From Lingula anatina (Eukaryota > Animalia > Brachiopoda), in the NCBI GenBank assembly GCA_051362555.1, contig CM120641.1, positions 10,912,001-10,976,000 on the forward strand: DNA of 64,000 nucleotides. Direction: 5' to 3'. A program made the translations under genes and the position numbers. The notes under the pieces were generated by a model that had not been told where the DNA came from, did no database searches, and saw only the letters and a list, made by a program, of their open reading frames with translations. Position 1 is the first letter of the stretch. Each line of letters opens with the position of its first letter. Below are positions 56,001 to 64,000 of the stretch, one piece after another.

Positions 56001-57594
56001 CCCAAAATAGGATGAAGTCTCCAACTCTTAACTCTACGAACTCACGTCCGTCTTCTGTGTGCTCCAAATTAAGCTGGTCCCCCCCCCCCAGATATTACTT
56101 AGAAACAGCATTATATCCAAATTCCATATGCTAGCTGGATTCAATGCTACATTACTGCCTGGCACATACACATCTTAATTACTTTAAATTGTAGTGTTAT
56201 TTGCTTTACATCGGTGTTGTATAAAGAAGCTGTCATGTTACTCAAGAGCTCTTGGACGACAACACGTTACATAATCATGATATCGAAATTAGCTTTATGT
56301 CGGACACAACAGGCACATAGTACGAGGTCTATGATTATTAATAATATCCGAATAAAAGGACCAAGTTCACATTATCTAGAAAATACACAAAAACAATGAG
56401 GATATGAAAATAAGACAATACATTTACTCTGTTTATACACTCATTTGCTTAAAAGAACACGAAAACTAAACCCCAACAATTCCCACTGTATTCACATGAA
56501 ACTTAATTTTTTTTTCATAAGAGAAAAAGAATTCTATCAATACCCTTGATGAGACTATTACAACAGCTGGAAGCAGATTGGCCCATGTTTCTATACAGAT
56601 ATATGAACAACCACACTATTTCTGTGAACTAGACAAACTGCTTTCCACATGCAAAATCAATAGCTCTTTTATTGGTCAATTACCATTTTGTGCCATAAGA
56701 ACTCAAGTCCCATATGTGTGTAGGTGTGAGAGTAATCCCTAGAGAGAACAGTAATCAAATGCCATTAAATCAAATCTCAAATAATGGGTAGTTTAAGTAA
56801 ACCCTAATGAGATTATTGATCAGTTGATCTCTGCCTAAGCAGAGCTTGATTTCTATCTAGTTACCCTAAGGGGTTGAAATTCAACAAGCAGAGTAGTTCA
56901 GACCAGTAATGGACATTCAGATGTTATGTGTCAGACAAAGGCTGATCTTACTTGTTTTTTTTTTTTCATGCACAATCGATAGAATAACCAGACACATACA
57001 AATGGGATATAAGCACAGATTTAAAAAAAATGATATCGCCCAACTGTTAATAACTTTAAATAACATTTTTAATTTTGAGACAAATACATGATTTTGCAGA
57101 TATTTTTTAGTTCTTCATCTTTGGTAAATGCAAATAATCTTCAAGACTAGTTTCTTGTGCAAAAAAAAGGCAAAAGGTAGACATTACTATAATGCATAAC
57201 TCAAACAGACTGTCAGACAGTCTTAAGTTCAATTCTAAAGATAACATTTATGTAATCCTTGAAAACCTCTTCACTGTACAACTTTATATGTCTTCAAAGA
57301 GTTAGCTTGCATCTGACCTGCATCAACTTACTGCAATTGTCTTCAGCTCCAATAGGAATGTAGCCAAATCCTGACTTTGCTGTAGACGCTAAGTCAATAG
57401 AAAAGGAAATTAGCTCATTAATCAATAGTGTCGACTCAGTGGTGTCTATTCTAAAGCCCGTTTCCTAATCAGACTGGTTTTCACAATCAGGAAACAGAAT
57501 TAATGCACTTTCTTAGAAATGAAATGCCTTTAAGGTAATCATTTCGCTCATGTGGAACTGACTTGCTATATACTGTTTGCAGTCGCTGTTGCAC

Positions 57595-57646
<52 letters not shown>

Positions 57647-59033
57647 TTTAATGCCAAGAAGCTAGCGAGATATGTTATCTAACTTCTTGGCAGCTTAAAA
57701 TATAGTATGAATTTGAAGAATTATCAGACAAATTATATATACAATGTATGAATCATTTGTCAAAACACTTAATTTTAGTGTATGTTAATTGCCAGACTAA
57801 AACATTTACTTTTTCAATCACTGCCTCATAACCCTGTAGCATTTGTTGCAGAGATAAGTCACACTGGACTGATGCTTGAGAAAATGTTCCCCCTGGTGGC
57901 AAACTTATTTGGAATTGGTGCTCTTGACCCTGTAAATGTAATAAGCAGAAATAAACCAAAACTCCCTAAATCACTAACAGTATCATTGATAGTCAACATA
58001 CAGAAAAACAGACCCACAGTGAAGCTGTATTTCAAGAAAGATTTTTATTTGAAATAACTTAACCATCATAATAGAACAAATGAACATGAAACTGCACTGT
58101 ATGTACAAATACACCACCCAGTTTCACTTATGCAGGTGCTGATTTGGAACTGTGTATAAGTGATTACATGCGCTGAATTATTGACTTCCACCTCAATTTC
58201 ATGGTCCTTTTGTAAAAATACTTGCTGCGAACACTACATCTTAAACTGTGAACAACAAGTCCACTCTCCTGAGAAACTCCTAAAAGAACCTATATATATA
58301 CTCCAGTATACAACAAGAGACCCAGATGATGTCAGTCAAATTGTTTGCAGTTTATAGGCTCATTCCCATTGAAACTATTGGTCTGCGTAGAACGATCCAA
58401 CTCAGCAAAGACTCTCACTAAATGCAATCAGTTTAATAGATTACTCGTAATATGTCTGGTCCTGGCATTGAAACAATACACAAAAGCTGGTGATTATACG
58501 AGGACATTGGAAACAAGAGGTGTGTTAATCTGTGAAACTGATTGCATTGCAAATGTCCCCACAGAGTTGGATCAATCTACATAGACCGATAGTTTCAATG
58601 GGAATGAGCCCTATAATTCTGTGCACATAGGCAGAATTTTTATAATCGGACCATGAAATTGTGGTTGAAGGCAATTGCATTCACAAACCCGCAGCCCCAT
58701 TGTTTATGAAGCCTGTTATTGTATCTAGATGTGGAAATATTCTGTAACTCCAATCCTCTCACTAACATTATTAAATAGATCTTGAGAGGCCTTGAGGATA
58801 TAGACAGAACAGCAAAGGCATACAAACACAATGCGTGGCCATTTAGTTTGATAGACAATGTTCAATAAAAAATGACAAAAGGAGCATAAATGTAATAATT
58901 TAAGTGAATTATACTACATTTATCACTGGTTATAACTTTTACTTACATGTACATTTATAAAGCCTTCAAAACATGTTCTCTCATAATTTTGTGGAATAAG
59001 GTAAAAGTTATCATCTGACTGCATCAACGACAT
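50045..59033 (-). CDS. FANCL: E3 ubiquitin-protein ligase FANCL
   Basis: 13 coding exons: 59033-58947, 57929-57810, 57388-57332, 55783-55689, 55098-55002, 54174-54106, 53434-53281, 52700-52617, 51708-51663, 51047-50966, 50716-50600, 50278-50207, 50071-50045. Motifs LIPQN..FEGFI, DEIDSKTWILEPENP..RRIALG, PECKLLGADH, and RING CGICYAY..CDDQRCGQPFHQTCLYEWL..GECPYC. Confidence 0.93.
55208..55500 (+). mobile_element. HINE-like element family B, full copy
   Basis: TTTACCTCCGCCAAGGAGGTTATGTTTT, then (GTCT)n, a core, and GCCTTGGTGGAGGTCTGTGCTCTCAGAGTGCTTTTCTAGTT. It has subterminal inverted repeats, a 3' hairpin and T-rich flanks. Confidence 0.8.
57599..57643. repeat. (TG)n microsatellite
   Basis: Direct inspection. 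Confidence 0.95.
58357..58610. mobile_element. MITE with ~50-bp TIRs
   Basis: GGCTCATTCCCATTGAAACTATTGGTCTGCGTAGA..GATCCAACTC / GAGTTGGATC..TCTACATAGACCGATAGTTTCAATGGGAATGAGCC, flanked by TATA. Confidence 0.8.
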
Positions 59034-60208
59034 TCTGAAAAATAAAAAAAATGAAACTTAAAGTAAATTAATTTGATATTACAAGGAATGTTCATGGAAT
59101 TGGATTCCTTTTCCCCCCCAGCTATGCTTACATCCCAAAGACATGTTCCACAATATATGGAATTTGTACAAGTATACACTACTAAATCAACTAGAATACT
59201 GTAAGAAAATAACAGCTCATCGTAAAATTAAGTCTTTCATCCATACATTCAACATGTTTATGAAATTTAACATACACATAATGTCAGCCCATGAAATGCC
59301 CTCAAGCAGCTCACTTTGACTGAATGGATAAAAAATGTCTTGTAAAAACATTAAAAAACCCATTAAGTAATTTCCCAAACTAATTTAGCTAAATAGATGA
59401 GTCTCTGATCCAAGTCACCACATGCATGAAACTGAATTTAAAAAAAAAACATTGCAATTCAAAGACTTGACCTGAGGATGACACCATAAGTACCAATTAG
59501 TGTACCACTAACAGTTTAAGGTATCCCATCTGGGGGAATTTTGTGTCCAAACTTATTTTCATTTACTTAAAAATCATTGCTGAACCCATCCCTGCACTTG
59601 GATTCAATGTTTTGTACCATATACCCATTTAAAGCAGGTCTTACAGATTTAAAAGATGGTTATATATAGCAGCATAAAAAGGGAATTTTCCCTGAAACTT
59701 CATTTTTCTTTCTCATGAATACCAAGCCATATATCTAACATGAATGAGTTGAGAAAATAAAAATTTTTAATTACTTTTTTTATTTCAACTTCGAAAAAAA
59801 CTGCAGTGTTTTTTTTTGTTTTTTTTTTAATATCTTGATTTCTTGCATTTCTGTGCTACAAGGGGCTAATTTAGTGGGGAATGCTGATAAAAAAAGCAGT
59901 GCACTTCTGCAAAACATGTAATAAAAGAACAGATTTAGACATTAGGCTGACAGGCACTGGGCTCCATAGAAATGAAAAACAAATATAAATAAGTGTAGTT
60001 AGTTCATCGATAAAACATCTACTCAACAATTCACTACCATGTATCTATAAGCACGTTGATATAAATGACTGGGGATTGTAAGATTGCATATTCTCCCCTT
60101 AATTTATTTATTAAAAAAACATAAATGAAAGGTGCGATGGAGGGCACAGTTTTGCCAAGGCGTTGATATATGGCCTTGTAACACAGGGTGGAATGAGACC
60201 TTAATTAC

Positions 60209-60623
60209 CTGTAGTAATTCTAGTAATGCACATGTAATAATGCTGTAATAGGCCTAAATCTGAGGCTGGCCTCCAGAAAGTGACCTATCTACTATGTTGT
60301 CACGCTGCCGTCTTTTCAAATGCTTATTCAGCAGGTCATCACCAGCAAGCGTAGACTTAAAGTTTTTGATAATTACGATACTTATGAGGTCAGGCCAGCT
60401 TGGGTGATTGCACCAACCTGTACAGCTCTGCGTGCACTCAACGTTTATCGCCTCCCGGTCTCTGACGTCATCACTACCTATACCAACTTCCGGTAATCTA
60501 TGAAGATCTTTTCGCCAGCCAATGAAACTCGCGAGCGGAGAGCTTAAGTACGGCAGGGACGGGCTTCGTACAGGTAGTACGTCTTTTGTATGAGCAACGA
60601 GATCAATCTCACAAGACTTTAAT
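60209..60623. promoter_or_regulatory. CpG-richer bidirectional promoter FANCL/GCH1 with CRE, ETS and CCAAT sites
   Basis: TGACGTCA at 60463-60470, ACTTCCGGT at 60486-60494, CCAAT at 60519-60523 and CTCGCGAG at 60528-60535. A minus-strand donor (CAG|GTAATT) at 60208 fits a FANCL non-coding exon splicing to the acceptor at 59034. Confidence 0.6.
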
Positions 60624-60933
60624 ATGTCTGTCATGAGAGATGAACAGTATGGACTCTATGAGGACAAAAACAACAAGCGAAGTATAACTAACGGGAGAAC
60701 TCGCACGCTAAGCTGCGATGCGGACTTTCCCTCAGCGCCAGGAAGGTTACATAGTGTTGATGAAGAAAATCAAAACGAAGAGAAGGAACGTCTCTGTGAA
60801 ATGACAGACGCATATACACATTTACTAAAAGGGATTGGTGAAGACGTTTCAAGAGAAGGTTTGTTAAAAACCCCTGCCAGGGCATCAAAAGCAATGTTGT
60901 TCTTCACAAAAGGTTATGAAGAAAAGATTCAAG
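60624..60933 (+). CDS. GCH1: GTP cyclohydrolase 1, first coding exon (gene continues beyond the window)
   Basis: AYTHLLKGIGEDVSREGLLKTPARASKAMLFFTKGYEE followed by an AG|GTAAGT donor. Confidence 0.92.
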
Positions 60934-62265
60934 GTAAGTGAACCGAAATAAATTAAAGCAAAAGGCCAATATAAACATATAAACACTTTATAATACTACT
61001 GGTTCATATAATTGCTCTAAAGAATGACAGACGTGACTTTCATGTAAGCGTTGTCCTACTATTTTCTCTCCGACAAACAACAGACGGTGGTCTTGCACTT
61101 TTTATCTAGATGTACGGGATGTAGATCTATAATTTAGACAAGCTTAGTACACCTGCATGTATTTTTCTTTTCTTTCAAAGTTCGTCGGCTTTTTTTAATT
61201 GACAAACTCTTTTCTAAAGAAAAACATGACTTCTGAGTCCATTGGTCATACGGTTCATTTGTCTGAAATTTATTAAAAGAACTTTAAATTTATTCTAAAA
61301 ACATTTACAGTGGTAGTAATAAAAGTTTCTTTTTAATATTTTTGGAGCTGGAACCCTTTCCTTGGCTTGGATAGATCGAATACAAAACACCAAATCTGTT
61401 ACTTCCAAAAGCCTGGCAAGCTTATTTCTTGTCTAAGTTGGGATAGCACAAGCGGTATATAGTGTCCTGCATGTTGCTGCATCTAAGACTTCTCTTTCTA
61501 ATACCATCTTTTCTTCCTTTTATCTAATAATTCCATATCCTAAAATGTAATTAACCTTTCTAAATGATAACTTAATGGATTAAAAACTGGCCTTATTAAT
61601 GGAGGGCATGACATAAAACTATTTTCAAACACTGGCCATTTCGGTCAGTTAGATCTGAAAATTTACTTCCACATACCAAAGCAGGGAGGTGTGAGGCGGT
61701 CTCCCTAAATTGCGCAATACAGTGCAACACAGCGCAACACACTTGAAATAACGAGTAATTATCTCAGCCTGTTTTACAAATAAATTTTTTCTTGCACCGT
61801 TTGAAGATGTCCTCAGTGGTAAGTTTGCTCAGACCGTGTTGTTTACACCTACTAGTTTCATATCGGAAGTAAATCACAGGTCATGCACAATTCTTTTAAA
61901 AGTCAATTTTTGAACTTCTAAGGCAAATTTAAACTGGAAATGATAAAAAAAGGTCAGTGAGGCGCTTTTTTCGTCAAATTTTTTTGGACTTTCTGTATTA
62001 TTACACAGAGGCACTATGTAAGTGATCCGTTAGAAAGTCACTTGGGTTTGCGGGCATGTTACACCAGTACTGGTAGATACATGTCGAATCCTGAATTATA
62101 AAATGGATGTTTGCTGCTAAACTGATGGCAAAAAACACAGACAAGTTAATATCATAATCCAAATTTGCCGATAGAACAAAAACTCCTCAGCCCTTCAACA
62201 ACTCAGGCTGACAGTCCGGCGTTAACTTTGAACACTGATTTGCTACTTTGCTTGGTAAAATAAAG

Positions 62266-63002
62266 TGACTCAAGGAGCCAGTGGTTTGAGAGACCATGTT
62301 CTCTTTATTCTGTCTGTACTCACTCAAGTGTATAATTGATGACGTAAACTCTACACATAAGATATAACATGCATGTAAAGTCAAACTACTACATATCCTT
62401 TCCCACCTTGAATTACTTTTAACCTGGAGTTGAAAAGTAAGTTAAAAATAATAATTACATATGCACAGTGTCCGACAGTCACTCACAAAAGTCACGTCTT
62501 TCGTTAGGGTCCTTAACCTCGTGTGGTAAGTGTAAAGACGTTCTCCTAATGTCTGATCTGCATTCCTGAACTTGAAAATCTCGTAGGCAGTGTTCTTTTT
62601 CGGCTCAAAATACTCAGTGAGTTTTTCTACAGCCACATCGTAATCATCATGTCCTCAAATGTTTCAAAGATATCATTCACACCAGGTCCGGCATAATGCA
62701 ACAATAGTGTGTGGCACCTTTTACTGTTGTCTGCATTTATTGGCATTGCGGTGAGCAAATTTTCCAACTGCTTTTGCCACTTTTTCCAGCATGTCCCTGC
62801 ATTTCTTGGGAAAATTTGGTAGAGCTCCTGCCATCTCCTTGATTTGCAGTTTTAGCACTTGTCGCTAGAAACACTCGAGGAGCCTGTGGTTTTAGAGCTA
62901 GACCACGTGCTCTTTATTCCGTCTGTACTCACTCAAGTGTATAATTGATGACGTAAACTCTACAAATAAGATATAACACGCCTGTAAAGTCAAACTACTA
63001 CA
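62266..63002 (-). mobile_element. Miniature internally deleted Ty3/Gypsy LTR retrotransposon
   Basis: Direct repeats at about 62266-62393 and 62872-63002 start TGTAGTAG on the minus strand and contain AATAAA. PBS-like TAGCGACAAG at ~62858-62867. Frameshifted gag 62834-~62490 (WKKWQKQLENLL..LLLHYAG..DIFETF..KLTEYFEPKKNTAYEIFKFR..GE..YHTRLRTL). Purine tract AAGGTGGGAAAGGATA lies next to the 3' LTR. Confidence 0.85.
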
Positions 63003-64000
63003 TTACACTTGGTAAAACTAAATATTGTAGGTATGGCATCTTATTTGAATTTAGGCCTCTTATACACATTTTCTATACCCAGTTGTAACAATAGCTCAGA
63101 GAACTGCTTGTACACGTCCCTTTCAAAGTGATCAGAGCGAAGTCTTGATAGGAATTTGTTAGGGTGATGTTATTCCTTTTCAATTAACTGTCCACATCTT
63201 TCTCAAACTCTGTCCTTTGGAAATGTAAACATGAATGCCAGAGCTTTTGCTGCTTTTTTAGTGCATTCCAGAGCAACACACTGAGGCATAACGAAAATTG
63301 CCCAGTTCCATGTACTACAACCTTACCTATCTTCACTGTATTCAGTATGTAGCTCAGCTGATTCTCAAAGACCCTTACCTTGTATGATGTAACTGTACCA
63401 TGTGACACAGGTCTGTCATTTCATTTTTGCATATCGAGGAGGGGTTTTCTAAAACACTTTTTTTCTACTAATATATATTGTTTTTATAGTGTTTATAGTT
63501 TGGTAAATTGATTCAAACATATCTCTGGTGTACAGATCAAGTGCTGGATCTACACACTTTGAGAAATGGAGTTTTATGTGTCTCAAACCCTTTAAAGTCT
63601 CCATTAGCTTTGGGTATTAGGACTTTTAAAAAAACTTGATATTGCAAGCCCTTTAATTACTCAGTTCATTTGATATCTATCTTTCTCTAGATGACATAGC
63701 TAAAATTAAGTTTTGTTTGTGATTGTAATTATTACATATATGATTTTCATATGGATTAAACGTTTTAAATGTTCTAACACAACCATCTGTTAAAACAATT
63801 GGCCTTGACAAGTGCTTTGACTTTGCTAGACCCACTTTCAAACTTCATATTTTTATGAGGGGCCCATTGGATATTTTGGTTACCACTGAAAGCCACTGTT
63901 ACTTCTCAAGATACATGAAATGTTCATATTATTTAATGAGATCTGTGAGGAACCCCATTCCAGTGACTCCTGAATGAGTCTTTTTTCATCATTCATGGAA

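Noticed and set aside
60254-60634. 126-aa minus-strand ORF across the FANCL/GCH1 promoter
   Set aside because: No recognisable motifs; explained by locally higher GC and fewer stop codons.

Overview
This is AT-rich, intron-rich eukaryotic DNA from an invertebrate animal. The repeat families suggest a lophotrochozoan, probably a mollusc (inference). The ORF track is mostly exon fragments, so I assembled genes by hand from GT-AG junctions and phase matching. Gene order: 3' part of an unidentified helical-repeat protein gene (+), WDR34/DYNC2I2 (-, only 2 coding exons), POMT2 (+, 20 exons), cryptochrome DASH (+, 13 exons), LPGAT1 (-), fumarate hydratase (+), FANCL (-), and GCH1 exon 1 (+). These form three head-to-head pairs with short shared promoters. 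Introns hold Helentron-type non-autonomous elements with ~160-bp tandem cores, PIF/Harbinger-like MITEs, a deleted DNA transposon and a miniature Gypsy LTR element. The most notable observation is at the fumarase 5' end. One exon is open in two reading frames, and two acceptor AGs 4 nt apart (CAG|GCAG|) each put a different frame in register with the enzyme. This predicts either a mitochondrial-presequence isoform or a presequence-less cytosolic isoform. All gene models are manual predictions without transcript support.
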